A stretch of DNA of 64,000 bases from an uncultured Bacteroidales bacterium (GTDB lineage: Bacteria > Bacteroidota > Bacteroidia > Bacteroidales > UBA10428), in contig CAYWCR010000002.1 of NCBI GenBank assembly GCA_964456825.1, forward strand, positions 30,411-94,410, written 5' to 3'. Positions within the stretch are counted from its first letter, which is position 1. Each line of letters begins with the position of its first letter. The notes under the pieces are model-generated. The model was not told the DNA's origin, did not search any database, and saw only the letters and a list, made by a program, of their open reading frames with translations. The translations under genes and the position numbers were made by a program. Below, one piece after another: positions 1-10,800 of the stretch.

Positions 1-1804
1 CGACCAGCATGGCACGGCGATTATTTCAGGGGCAGGATTGCTGAATGCGCTGGAAATCACCGGGAAAAAAATAAGTGAGATCAAGGTGGTCGTAAATGGT
101 GCTGGTGCTGCAGCCATTTCCTGCGCAAAGCTTTATAAAAGACTTGGTGTAAAAGGCGGAAATATATTCATGCTCGACAGCAAAGGTTTGATAACCACCA
201 AAAGAACCGACTTAAATAAATACAAGCAGGAATTTGCCCAGGACGTTTCATTGACAACCCTGGCCGATGCCCTTAAAGATGCCGATGTTTTCCTGGGCTT
301 ATCGGTAGGCAAAATTCTGACCCCTGAAATGCTGAAGACCATGGCTCCCGATCCGGTAGTATTTGCCATGGCGAATCCCGTGCCTGAAATTGCATATGAC
401 GAAGCCGTGGCAGCAAGGCCTGATATCATCATGGCTACCGGGCGGTCGGATTATCCCAACCAGATCAATAATGTACTGGGATTCCCCTTTATTTTCCGCG
501 GAGCGCTGGATGTAAGGGCCAAAACGATCAATGAGGAAATGAAGCTGGCCGCTGTTCAGGCGCTTGCCAGGCTGGCCAAGGAAGATGTTCCGGAAGCTGT
601 TAATCTTGCCTATAAAGTATCTAATCTTTCATTCGGAAAGGAATATATTATTCCCAAGCCTCTCGATCCGAGGCTGATCACCAGGGTTGCACCCGCTGTT
701 GCAAAAGCGGCCATGGACACCGGCGTGGCAAGGATGCCCATTACCGACTGGAAAGCTTATGAGATCGGGCTGATGAAACGCATGGGCATATATAATAAAC
801 TGGTGGATGATATCCGCATCAAAGCCTGCCAGCAGCCGAAACGTATTGTTATGGCCGATGCCGGCAACTTTAAAGTGCTTAAAGCAGCCCATCTGGTGCA
901 ACAGGAAGGCATTGCATTACCCGTACTGTTGGGAGACGAAGAAGGGATCCGAAAGCTGGCCGCGCAATATAGCCTGGATCTGAATGGAATAACCATTATC
1001 GATCATTACAGCCCCAAAGAAGAAGAACGAAGGAAAAGGTATGCACGGTTGTTGTTTGAGAAGCGTCAGCGAAAAGGAATGACTTATGACGAGGCGCTGG
1101 AAAAAATAAGAGACCATAATTATTTTGGCGTTATGATGGTGGAAACCGGTGATGCCGATGGTTTTCTCTCCGGATTCTCAACGCAATATGCGAATACCAT
1201 ACGTCCTGCCCTGCAAATTGCCGGCTCAAATAATACCCAGCACCATATTGCCGGGATGTATATTATCACGACAAAAAAGGGACCATTCTTTTTTGCCGAC
1301 ACAACCGTGAATATTAATCCTTCTGCCAGGGCGCTTGCCGATACCACCCTGCTTGCAGCCAATGTAGTAAGAAGATTCAATATGGTGCCCAGGATAGCCC
1401 TGCTTTCCTTCTCAAACTTCGGGTCAAACCGTGCCGAGAGCCCTAATAAGGTCAGAGAGGCCATTGATATTCTGCACCGTGATTATCCTGACCTGATCGT
1501 CGACGGCGAAATTCAGGCCAATTATGCTTTCAACAGGCAATTGCGCGTGGAGAAATTCCCGTTTACAAAACTCGCCGACATGGAAGTTAATACCGTCATA
1601 TTCCCGGATCTTAATTCCGGCAATATTGCTTATAAAATGATGCAGGAACTGGCCGGGGCCGAGGTTATCGGACCTATTCTCATGGGCATCATGAAACCCA
1701 TAAATGTATTGCAGATGGGTAGTTCGGTAAGGGAGATCGTGAACATGACGGCTATCACGGTAATCGATGCACAGACGGCGTCAGAGGAGATTATAAGGTT
1801 GTAA
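1..1804 (+). CDS. maeB: NADP-dependent malic enzyme (malic enzyme core plus phosphotransacetylase-like C-terminal domain); 5' end cut by window edge
   Basis: The frame is open from nt 2 (DQHGTAIISGAGLLNALE...), so the listed start at 38 is an internal TTG. Dinucleotide-binding motif VVVNGAGAAAISCAKL. The roughly 330-aa C-terminal half is PTA-like. Confidence 0.9.
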   Translation, partial: DQHGTAIISGAGLLNALEITGKKISEIKVVVNGAGAAAISCAKLYKRLGVKGGNIFMLDSKGLITTKRTDLNKYKQEFAQDVSLTTLADALKDADVFLGLSVGKILTPEMLKTMAPDPVVFAMANPVPEIAYDEAVAARPDIIMATGRSDYPNQINNVLGFPFIFRGALDVRAKTINEEMKLAAVQALARLAKEDVPEAVNLAYKVSNLSFGKEYIIPKPLDPRLITRVAPAVAKAAMDTGVARMPITDWKAYEIGLMKRMGIYNKLVDDIRIKACQQPKRIVMADAGNFKVLKAAHLVQQEGIALPVLLGDEEGIRKLAAQYSLDLNGITIIDHYSPKEEERRKRYARLLFEKRQRKGMTYDEALEKIRDHNYFGVMMVETGDADGFLSGFSTQYANTIRPALQIAGSNNTQHHIAGMYIITTKKGPFFFADTTVNINPSARALADTTLLAANVVRRFNMVPRIALLSFSNFGSNRAESPNKVREAIDILHRDYPDLIVDGEIQANYAFNRQLRVEKFPFTKLADMEVNTVIFPDLNSGNIAYKMMQELAGAEVIGPILMGIMKPINVLQMGSSVREIVNMTAITVIDAQTASEEIIRL

Positions 1805-1815
1805 GGTGGGAAGAG

Positions 1816-1855
1816 GGTAATCGGTATTCGGTTATAACAGGAGTTACCGATTACC
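1816..1855. terminator. Convergent-gene hairpin: GGTAATCGGTA / TACCGATTACC 11-bp stem, 18-nt loop
   Basis: Perfect complementarity of 1816-1826 with 1845-1855. Lies between the maeB stop (1804) and the stop of the minus-strand gene (1873). Confidence 0.6.
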
Positions 1856-1872
1856 TACTTCAACCCCCCTTG

Positions 1873-2700
1873 TCACTTCCCAAATCCCAGCGGATACCGG
1901 TTACCCTTTATGTCAATCAGTGTTCCACGCACTGAACCCACAATGATAGGAGACTCAATATAAACCGGAATATGGTTTTTATCATTGGTCACCCACAGGA
2001 ACATTTTTTCGCCACCCTTGAAAATACTGCCCTGAATAAGCATTGCACTGAATTTCATACAGTCTGTCTCGCCCATACTTTTTATCTTCTTTTTTTCGGT
2101 CCCGAGGTACCTGAAGTAAATATTATAGATCTCATTATCCAGCAGTATGGTGACAGGAATGGTATCATTGATCCTGTACCGGGAAAAATCAATATTTCTG
2201 ACATAGTACAAAATAGAAACGATATCAAAGGTACAGTCAGGTATTGCGATAGTATCTTTCTTCACCGGTTTGTCACTGTTCTGCGTTTGCATATAGGCTA
2301 TTCCCTTCCGGTGGTTGAAGACATAATGGTGTTTAAAGGTATATCCGCCTTCGTATACGTCCCGGCTGAAAACAATCGGTTTGAGTGATTCGGGATAAAC
2401 CCATGATTCATAGCGGTCACGAACCTTGAAGAACCAGTCCCAGCTTTTATAAGTGGCCCCGACAGCGAGCAGGTGCAGACAGGGTATTTCGTAAACACTG
2501 CTTTCCTTTACCGAGAACCACATTTCACCGACATCCGTCCACCAGACAAACCAGTTATAGGAAATCCGGTAACGTGCCTCTTCGCCAGCCTGAAAGGAAA
2601 AATTCTGCATGTTGCAATCCTTCATCTGGCAATTGGTTGAAGGATATATGCACAATGCTGCAAGGAGCAGGATGGCTTTGTATGACATTCGAACGTACAT
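1873..2700 (-). CDS. DUF3108-like exported protein (hypothetical)
   Basis: 275-aa ORF with an N-terminal signal-like segment (AILLLAALCIYPSTNCQ) and a beta-rich composition typical of DUF3108 proteins. The true start may be the internal Met at about 2688. Confidence 0.5.
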   Translation of the reverse strand: MYVRMSYKAILLLAALCIYPSTNCQMKDCNMQNFSFQAGEEARYRISYNWFVWWTDVGEMWFSVKESSVYEIPCLHLLAVGATYKSWDWFFKVRDRYESWVYPESLKPIVFSRDVYEGGYTFKHHYVFNHRKGIAYMQTQNSDKPVKKDTIAIPDCTFDIVSILYYVRNIDFSRYRINDTIPVTILLDNEIYNIYFRYLGTEKKKIKSMGETDCMKFSAMLIQGSIFKGGEKMFLWVTNDKNHIPVYIESPIIVGSVRGTLIDIKGNRYPLGFGK

Positions 2701-2823
2701 GAAGATTGATAAACAGTTTGAAATTCAATATCCCGTTGGTGTAATTAAACCAATTAACCTGATACTAGGTGCAAAAGTAAAGATTTTGTAATTTTATAGC
2801 CAGCAAAACTTACATCTTAACGA

Positions 2824-3945
2824 ATGAGACGCAAATATCCCTTTGGATTCCGGCTTACTTATGTATTGCTTTCCATAATCCTTTTGATTTATGGCCTCAT
2901 CCTGGCAAAAGACTTTCTATATCCGCTGGCTTTTGGTATACTGCTGTCTTATCTGCTCTATCCCATCGTTAATTTCCTTGAAAAGAAAGGGACACCCAGG
3001 ATCCTGGCAATACTTGCCGGAATCCTGCTGGGGATTGTTGTCATTGCATTCATTGCTGCCTTTGTTTTTAAAAGGATAAGCCTGTTTACCGATGAACTCC
3101 CCCTGTTCCGCCAAAAAATGATCGCCCATATTGAGCAGTTTCAGTACTATATAAACGAGGAATTAGGGATTCCGGGAGACAGGCTCAAGGAATTTCTCCT
3201 CACCCATATTATGGATCTGGGTTTACAGTCAGAAAAGGTATTCTCGGCAACAACCGGTACCGTATTTAAAGTCTTAATGCAGCCGGTGTATATATTCCTG
3301 TTTTTATATTACCGAACCAAATTTGCTTATTTTATCCTTAAGATAACCGGACGGAATAACAGGCCTATCGTAGTTAAGATCCTGAAAGAAATTGCTACGG
3401 TTGTGACCCGGTATATGTTGGGCGTCACGACGGTAGTCCTGATTCTGTGCATATTTAATTCCATAGGCTATCTGATCATTGGCATTCAATACCCATTGCT
3501 GCTGGGTGTTGTTTCAGCATTATTCAGTTTTATCCCATACTTTGGCAATTTTATCGGAGGCGCCATACCATTCCTTTTTACTTTACTGACAGAAGATTCC
3601 ATGAAATATTCACTCCGGATAATAGTATTTGTTTATATCGTGCATGTTCTTGAAAACAATTTCCTTTCTCCTAATATTGTAGGCAACAATGTCAGAATCA
3701 ATCCATTCATTGTTATTATCGGGCTCATTGTCGGAGCTATGATCTGGGGTTTGCCAGGAATGCTGGTCGTCATACCTTTCCTGGCTATGCTTAAAATAAT
3801 ATTCAATGACGTCCCGTCCATGCAATCTTACTCCTATTTGTTTGGGTCGCGTGGTACAAAAAGACATGCACTGACAATTGAAAATATAAGGAATTTTACC
3901 CGGAGGCTAAGAAGGACAGGGAGAACGGTAAACGGTAACCGGTAA
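2824..3945 (+). CDS. AI-2E family (PerM/UPF0118) membrane transporter
   Basis: 373 aa with multiple TM helices and the family-typical C-terminal region (FIPYFGNFIGGAIP...VVIPFLAMLKIIF). The last ~8 codons are encoded by an ACGGTAA/CCGGTAA heptamer repeat. Confidence 0.75.
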   Translation: MRRKYPFGFRLTYVLLSIILLIYGLILAKDFLYPLAFGILLSYLLYPIVNFLEKKGTPRILAILAGILLGIVVIAFIAAFVFKRISLFTDELPLFRQKMIAHIEQFQYYINEELGIPGDRLKEFLLTHIMDLGLQSEKVFSATTGTVFKVLMQPVYIFLFLYYRTKFAYFILKITGRNNRPIVVKILKEIATVVTRYMLGVTTVVLILCIFNSIGYLIIGIQYPLLLGVVSALFSFIPYFGNFIGGAIPFLFTLLTEDSMKYSLRIIVFVYIVHVLENNFLSPNIVGNNVRINPFIVIIGLIVGAMIWGLPGMLVVIPFLAMLKIIFNDVPSMQSYSYLFGSRGTKRHALTIENIRNFTRRLRRTGRTVNGNR

Positions 3946-4019
3946 TCTGTATTTCCACTGTTCCACTATTCAACTTTTTTCACCCATTTCTTTGGAATTG
4001 TAAAATTTTCTCATTTACT

Positions 4020-4709
4020 TTGTATCTCAAAGTACTTTTATATATGGATTCAAATCAGGAACAAATACAGAACCTGTCAGAAATCAGGAACCTGATGGAA
4101 CGGTCATCAAGGTTTTTGTCCCTCAGCGGTCTTTCGGGGATATCAGCCGGGATCATCGCCCTATTGGGTGCCGGTGTGGCATTTTTTTACCTTGATTATG
4201 ACGAGCGCTATTTTAGTATCAACCGGTACTTTATCGATAAACTGGATCTGTTTTTTCAAAGTAAAATCGGTTTCCTGATTGCAGATGCCCTTATCGTCCT
4301 TGTCCTTGCTTTGGGATCGGGCATTTATTTCACCACGAGGAAAGCCCGAAGGAATAAGCTGAAAGTATGGGACAGCACAACAAAAAGAATGCTGATCAAT
4401 GTTTTTATACCCCTTTCTGCCGGAGGTATTTTCTGCCTGGCCTTGCTCTATAACGGGATTTTCTTTCTTGTTGCCCCGGCTACCCTCGTTTTTTATGGAT
4501 TAGCGCTGGTTCATACCAGCAAATATACCCTGCCCGATGTCCGGATATTGGGTATTTCAGAAATCATTACGGGACTGGTTGCTTCGTTTCTGGTGGGTTA
4601 CGGACTGCTTTTCTGGGCCTTCGGTTTCGGCATTCTGCATATACTATACGGAGCCATCATGTACTACCGGTATGAACGGAAAACAAATCTGTCCGTCCAC
4701 AATTCATGA
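4020..4709 (+). CDS. Polytopic membrane protein, unknown function
   Basis: About 5 predicted TM helices. It ends 6 nt before the start of the downstream winged-helix regulator gene. The likely true start is the ATG at 4044 (MDSNQEQ...). Confidence 0.55.
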   Translation: MYLKVLLYMDSNQEQIQNLSEIRNLMERSSRFLSLSGLSGISAGIIALLGAGVAFFYLDYDERYFSINRYFIDKLDLFFQSKIGFLIADALIVLVLALGSGIYFTTRKARRNKLKVWDSTTKRMLINVFIPLSAGGIFCLALLYNGIFFLVAPATLVFYGLALVHTSKYTLPDVRILGISEIITGLVASFLVGYGLLFWAFGFGILHILYGAIMYYRYERKTNLSVHNS

Positions 4710-4715
4710 ATTCCC

Positions 4716-5018
4716 GTGAAAGAAATAATATCAGGACTGAATAAAATCTTTGACAGCCGTATCAGACTGGGCATAATGTCGGTACTGGTCGTGAATGACC
4801 GGGTGGATTTCAACACCCTGAAGGAATTGCTGGATATCACCGACGGGAACCTTGCAAGTCATATTGCTGCCCTGGAGAAAAACGGCCTGATTGAAATATT
4901 AAAGCAATTTATCGGGAAAAAACCCAATACCCGGTATGCTGTCACAGAGAAAGGCAGGATTTCCTTTCGGCATCATCTTGATTATCTTGATAAACTGCTG
5001 AAGAGCCAGGGAGTATAG
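4716..5018 (+). CDS. Small winged-helix transcriptional regulator (HTH_34/ArsR-MarR-like)
   Basis: 100 aa. RLGIMSVLVVNDRVDFNTLKELLDITDGNLASHIAALEKNGLIEI is a typical wHTH recognition segment. GTG start. Confidence 0.65.
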   Translation: MKEIISGLNKIFDSRIRLGIMSVLVVNDRVDFNTLKELLDITDGNLASHIAALEKNGLIEILKQFIGKKPNTRYAVTEKGRISFRHHLDYLDKLLKSQGV

Positions 5019-5048
5019 AAAAAGTAATTATGTAGTCAGTCTTTAAAT

Positions 5049-5432
5049 TTGTATAGAATGAAAAATAAAAGCAAAAAGTTCTCTGCAACGTCAAGATTGA
5101 AAAGCTTCCATTACGCGTTCAACGGACTCGCGTCGGCTTTCCGGCAGGAACACAACTTATGGATACATACGCTGGCGGCTATAGCGGCCATAACCATGGG
5201 GTGGATCCTAAACATAAGCACCGGTGAATGGATGGTGATTATATTGGTAATTGGTGGTGTTTTTATTGCCGAATTGTTCAACTCAGCCATTGAAAGCCTG
5301 GTAGACATTGTTTCACCGGAATTAAATAAAAAGGCGGGTATGGTGAAAGACATGGCGGCCGGAGCTGTTTTGGCAGCTGCCTTGGCAGCGCTGGTTTCAG
5401 GATTGATCATTTTTATCCCAAAATTGTTATAA
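5049..5432 (+). CDS. dgkA: Diacylglycerol/undecaprenol kinase, DgkA family
   Basis: Small 3-TM protein with the prokaryotic DAGK motifs (NLWIH, ELFNSAIESLVD, KDMAAGAVL). The likely start is the ATG at 5058. Confidence 0.8.
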   Translation: MYRMKNKSKKFSATSRLKSFHYAFNGLASAFRQEHNLWIHTLAAIAAITMGWILNISTGEWMVIILVIGGVFIAELFNSAIESLVDIVSPELNKKAGMVKDMAAGAVLAAALAALVSGLIIFIPKLL

Positions 5433-5453
5433 TAAAGTCATGCAGCTTTGCAG

Positions 5454-5473
5454 CCTGTCTGCCGGCAGGCAGG
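5454..5473. repeat. Short GC hairpin CCTGTCTG-ccgg-CAGGCAGG flanked by direct TGCAGnnnTGCAGCC words
   Basis: 8-bp stem (one G-U) in the dgkA-downstream spacer. Shares the 14-mer CGGCAGGCAGGTCT with 11395-11408. Confidence 0.5.
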
Positions 5474-5493
5474 TCTTGCAGTCTGCAGCCTAA

Positions 5494-6234
5494 ATGCTAA
5501 AAACCAACAAGTCAATGAAAAAGACAATCTTACATATCACTTTTATGATTAATAAGCTTACATGGCTGTATAAGAAGCTGGGACAGCTCAATGCTCTGTT
5601 GATCTTTCTCACTTTTTTCAGCATCACCCTGGTTGCTTTCAGAATTATTAAAACAGGGGAGCAGACCTATATTTTCATGTTATGGAATTTATTCCTGGCT
5701 GCTGTCCCTTTATTCCTGAGCCGGTTTGTCATTGCTCCCCTGGCCCGTCGTGGTGCGGGACTTGTTTTCTATGGCTTTGTCTTCCTCTGGCTGATGTTCC
5801 TTCCCAATGCTCCATATATAATCACTGATTTTATTCATCTGGTGGAGGGTGGCAGTATGCCCCTGTGGTATGACTTGTTGCTGCTTGCATTCTTCGCATG
5901 GGAAGGATTTTTACTGGGATTTATTTCAGTAGCCGAAATGGAAAGGTTGGCATCCCGGATGTATTCTGCCCTGGCAGGCAAATGGTTTGCGCTGATGTCA
6001 CTGGTTTTATCCAGCCTGGGTGTTTATATGGGCCGTTTTATGCGGTACAACAGCTGGGACATATTCATCAGCCCGGGAGAAATTATAACCGGTGTTGGCA
6101 GCCGTCTGTTAAATCCCCGGGCTTACCCGGGTTTGTACGGTATGATCATCATCCTTTCCGTATTGCTGATCACCCTGTATGGTTTTTATAAAAGGGCCGA
6201 ACCGGCTGTTGTTAAAACACCGGCCAGGATATAA
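5494..6234 (+). CDS. DUF1361-like integral membrane protein
   Basis: 246 aa, 6-7 TM helices, LWNLFLAAVP motif reminiscent of DUF1361. Start codon uncertain. Confidence 0.45.
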   Translation: MLKTNKSMKKTILHITFMINKLTWLYKKLGQLNALLIFLTFFSITLVAFRIIKTGEQTYIFMLWNLFLAAVPLFLSRFVIAPLARRGAGLVFYGFVFLWLMFLPNAPYIITDFIHLVEGGSMPLWYDLLLLAFFAWEGFLLGFISVAEMERLASRMYSALAGKWFALMSLVLSSLGVYMGRFMRYNSWDIFISPGEIITGVGSRLLNPRAYPGLYGMIIILSVLLITLYGFYKRAEPAVVKTPARI

Positions 6235-6275
6235 GAACCAAACTTGGGTTTGAGACCCTGGCAGGGCTTAGCATA

Positions 6276-7688
6276 TCAGACTACTTGTTCTTCTTTGGGA
6301 AGGAGGTTCCTGATCCTTTCGATCTGCATTTGCTTGTTTACTTCACGCAGATTACGGGCTGTCTGAGTGAAATACTGATGGCCTGTAATAAACTTGATCT
6401 GCATGCGATTCCAGTCATTGATGGATTTTATCTTATCCCTTTCCTGGAGTTCCATATAAAGTGTATTGGAAACCGGGATCATATCGCTGCGGCCCAGGTA
6501 ATCAAGATCGGCATCACACATGATCTCCTCGAGCTTGTTCCTTGGATTGGGAGGAAGCGCTGTGCTCAGGATCAGCTCACAGATAATATCAATCTGTGAC
6601 TGGGTATAATAAAAGTCAGGGAGTATTTGACGTGCAATCAGCGTGCTATAATGCTCATGATTGTCGTATCCAATAGAGTGACCGGCATCATGAAATAATG
6701 CGGCCGTTTTCAGCAACAGCAGGTCTTCATCAACCATTCCTTCACCCAGGCCAATCAGCTCCACCTGGGTTACCACATCCACCGTATGCTTCACATTATG
6801 ATAATATAGGTTCCTGGTCAGCTCCTTTTCAAGTTTGTCCAGTATAAGTTCCTGAAGGTCCATAAATTGAATAAGCCCATACCGGATGCTAAAACGTTTA
6901 TTAGGAATAATGCGTTTTTGCTGAAGCGAGAATTCGGCCTTTATGCCCAGTACGGTATACAACGGTATATCCCCCTTATATTTGACGGGCATATTCCCAA
7001 AGAATTCACAGTCAAACAGGTCCTTTACCAGTTCATAGGTGTTGGCAGATATCAGTATTTGTCCGTCCTCACAGAATTGCCGTATGCGGGTGGCCATATT
7101 GACGGTATCACCTTTCACCTCGTTGATTTGTTTCTTTCCGCCTTTAAAGGTTGCCACCAGAGGGCCGGTATGTATACCAATTCTCAGTTTCCACACTTTG
7201 TCGTTATAATACGACCGCTGGATGTCCTTAATATAATACTGCATTTCAACGGCGGCCTGCAATACCTCGATCGGATTTGTCAGCCTCTTTTTAGGGATCC
7301 CCCCTACACACATGATAGTGTCACCGATGGTCTTCAGGCTCTTGATCTCATATTTGTTGATAATGTTCTGAAGCTGAATAAAAATTTCATCCAGACTGTC
7401 AACCAGTACCTTGGAATCAAGATTAGGGGATATATTCTGAAACCCTTGTGCATCCGCAAATAATACGGTGGCAGTTTTATACTTGAAAACGTTCTTGCTT
7501 CTGTCGGCCGTAGTTTTCTTGGGAAGACTTTGCGAATTGAACTTGGCAATCAGTTGTTTGTAATTCTCCACATCGTGGGAGAGCACTTCATTTTGGCGGC
7601 TCAGTTTTTCATTTTCCGCCGTAAGCGCTTTATTTTGAATGATTAACTCGGCAATATGCCGCAAGAAACCTGATTTACCTTTGCTCAT
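6276..7688 (-). CDS. Coiled-coil / class III adenylate cyclase / HD-domain phosphohydrolase fusion protein
   Basis: N-terminal heptad-rich helix (aa ~10-50). Cyclase motifs are ATVLFADAQGF (metal Asp), LKTIGDTIMCVGG (second metal Asp, Lys consistent with adenine specificity), RIGIHTGPLVA and GDTVNMATRI (Asn/Arg). The C-terminal HD domain shows YHNVKHTVDV...ALFHDAGH...DADLDYLG. Confidence 0.8.
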   Translation of the reverse strand: MSKGKSGFLRHIAELIIQNKALTAENEKLSRQNEVLSHDVENYKQLIAKFNSQSLPKKTTADRSKNVFKYKTATVLFADAQGFQNISPNLDSKVLVDSLDEIFIQLQNIINKYEIKSLKTIGDTIMCVGGIPKKRLTNPIEVLQAAVEMQYYIKDIQRSYYNDKVWKLRIGIHTGPLVATFKGGKKQINEVKGDTVNMATRIRQFCEDGQILISANTYELVKDLFDCEFFGNMPVKYKGDIPLYTVLGIKAEFSLQQKRIIPNKRFSIRYGLIQFMDLQELILDKLEKELTRNLYYHNVKHTVDVVTQVELIGLGEGMVDEDLLLLKTAALFHDAGHSIGYDNHEHYSTLIARQILPDFYYTQSQIDIICELILSTALPPNPRNKLEEIMCDADLDYLGRSDMIPVSNTLYMELQERDKIKSINDWNRMQIKFITGHQYFTQTARNLREVNKQMQIERIRNLLPKEEQVV

Positions 7689-7864
7689 AGATATTTAAAA
7701 TGCGCATGGCCTTTGATGCCGTTATTGATTATCAAATAATTTCCCATTTCCAACATTATTTACGATTATTTTCGTCAAGTGTTTCCAGTTTTTTATTATT
7801 GTTTCACATTTTTTATAACATCCTGCTCCGATGTGGTGTTAAAATCCCTGTCGGGGCATGGAAA

Positions 7865-10800
7865 TCATTGTTTTTTCTTATCGGATATCCCGGGTTTCAA
7901 TTTCTGATTCTCCTGTTTCAATGCTTCAATTTGTTTTTCAAGTCTGACCTTAACCCTTTCTGATTCCTCCTGGGTGGCTCTCATTTCTTCCATATTTTGC
8001 CGCAATTCTTCTTCCTGGGCCTGCAATTCTTCAGATTGTTCCCGGGTTCTGGCATACATTTGTTCCACCAGCATGTTGGCCTTAAATGAAGCAATGATGG
8101 GGACTATCATCTCGGCAAGCTTCTCAATGAAATGGATCTTATAGGATTCAATTTCTTTAAAAGAAGCCAATTCTATGACGCCTTCAATATTGGTATCAAA
8201 CTTTATCGGAAGCAATAAAAGATAATCCGGTTTTAGAGAACCCAGTCCCGATGATATTTTAAAATAATTATCCGGCACATCCCTGATCTCCATGATCTCC
8301 TTTGATTTAAAGCATGCCCCTACAAGTCCTTCACCCGGCAATATGGCATTATTTTCCCGGTTCCCGGTGTTTATTATATCACCTGCGGCCAGCTCAAGGA
8401 ATATATTCTCGTGGTCGTTGTTGTTCACTATATATAGCGCACCCTGAATCGCCTCAACATAGGATGTAAGGTTTGAGATCACATCCTGACAGAGTTTAAT
8501 AAGGTTGCTTTTCTCCTTGCTGAGAATCTCAGAGAACTTTGCCAGGCCATCGTTAAACCATCGGCCTTCAAATTCAGCCTGCTCCTTTTCTGCCAGCATT
8601 TTCTGGTGTTTCTCAATTTCGTTTTTACGGGCTGTCAACTCCTCTTCACCCTGTCTGATCTTACTTTCCAGGGTAAGCTTATCGGTTCTAAGACGCTGTT
8701 CCCTCCAGTTGATAAAATAGGCTACCAGGGTAGTTAATGTAACCAGTACCAGCAGATAAAACCAGATGGTCCTCCAAAATGGAGGTTTTACAATAATTTT
8801 CAGGCTGATAGGTTCTTCATTCCAGACTCCGCTGTTATTGGAAGCCTTTACCATAAACCGGTATTTTCCGGGTTTCAGATTTGAATAGCTGGCAAAACGG
8901 CTTGAAGCGTTAACGGTTGTCCAGTCATCAAACCCTTCCAGCTTATAGGCATACTGGTTCTGTTCGGGGGCCACGTAATGAAGGCCCGAAAAACCGACAG
9001 AAAAGAGTTTAATGCGATGATTGATTTTAATTTCCCTGGTTTCAAGTATGGATTTCTTAAGGAGCCGTTTTCCACCAACAACTTCATTGACCATGACGGA
9101 GCGGTTATTCACCCTGAAGTCAGTAAAAACAAGAAGGGGAGGATAAGGATTTTCTCTGACTTCGGAGGGTATGAATGAGTTAAATCCGTTGACTCCACCG
9201 AAAAAAAACTCTCCTTCCCTGCTTACCATCTTGGAGTTTAAGACAAATTGCCTGCTTTGAAGCCCCTCATATTTGCTGTATCTTTTATAATGAATTGAAT
9301 CCTGGTGTTCGGTAAGTTCATAAAAGCAATATAATCCATCGTTTGAGGAAATCCAAAGGTTGCCTTCAGGATCGTCGAGAATAGCCATAGTGTTTATTTT
9401 CGGAAAGCCTGCATCAGGACCAATAAGTATATAACTGAGATCTGCGGGATTTAATCTGATAATCGAATTACCTTCCATGCCAAACCAAAGGTAGCCATAT
9501 GCATCACAATAAATCTCGCTAAATACGGGAAGGATCAGGGATCCCAGTTTTTGAATGATCGTCAACGTGAGATCTTTGGGATTGATTTGCAGAATTCCCG
9601 GTATTCCCGGACCTGCTCCCCACAACAATCCATTTTTATCAGGGACAAGTATTTCAACGTAACCAAAACTTTCAACACTATCTGCCCTTTCAACGGTCCG
9701 GTCAGCAGTTAACCGTATGAAGCCCTTATCCTTTGGTGTCTTTAAACAAATCCCGTTGAGGGTGCAGATCCACAGATTTCCATTTTCCTCAAGATATAAG
9801 TCATAAATGTTATTGCTGGGCAAAGAATTGGCATTCTCAGGATCATTCAGATAATTAGTAAACTGCTTTGTTGCAGGATTAAAATTACTAAGACCTCCCT
9901 GGTTCGTGGCAATCCATAGTTCATTATTACTGTCAATCACTATATCTTTGATGTTGGCGCTTTTCATACTATTGCTGCTGCCAGCGGTAGGAACAAAATA
10001 GGTAAATAATCCGGTTTGCCGGTTGAGATAATTCAATCCGCCCTGCTCTGTGCCGACCCAGATATTACCTTCTGCATTTTCTGCAAAGCAATAAACAGTC
10101 TTATCATTCAGAAAATAAGGACTTTTCAGATTACTGTATTCATAAAGGGTGATTCCTGCCGTATTCAAATTGGTATAACTGACACCGCCGTTAAATGTAC
10201 CCAGCCATAAACCCTCATTATTGTCGACCAATGCGCATTGTATAGAGTTATGGCTCAACGCTGAGAAAGGATGATCTGTAAAAGCATACCTTGTGAAAGA
10301 ACCCAGCTGGGAATTAAACAGATACAATCCGGTCTGCGTCCCAATCCAGAATCTGTTTTTTTTGTCTTCAAAAAAAGCCCGTACCCTGCCACTACCGGTA
10401 ATTGCACTGTCAGGATAATAACGCTTAAATCCTGCTGTACCATGAACCAAAAGATTTAATCCTTTATTGTAAGTACCGAACCAAAGATTCTGGTTGCGAT
10501 CCCTGTATATGGATTCAATCCTGTTTTCGCTGATGGATCCCGGGTCGTCAGGGTCATTGCTGTAAGTCATAAACGTGCCCGACTTTCTGTCAAATTTGGC
10601 AATTCCCTGATTATAGGTTGAAACCCATGGATTATTGTCCCCGTCAATGGCAATATTGGTCAGATTATCATGGGGTAAAGAAAACAGATCATCAGCATTA
10701 TGCACATATTTTTGCAGGACGTTATTTACAGGATCATACATTATAAGCCCATTCCAGGATGCTATCCATAAAACACCATTCTCATCCTCGGTTATATCAT

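Noticed and set aside
7689-7864. Possibility that the propeller-GAF gene and the cyclase-HD gene are halves of one disrupted gene
   Set aside because: The 176-nt gap is A/T-rich. The upstream gene ends at a TGA stop after a complete coiled coil, and the cyclase ORF has its own ATG and N-terminal helix. I could not find a frame that joins them. A historical fission cannot be excluded without homologues.
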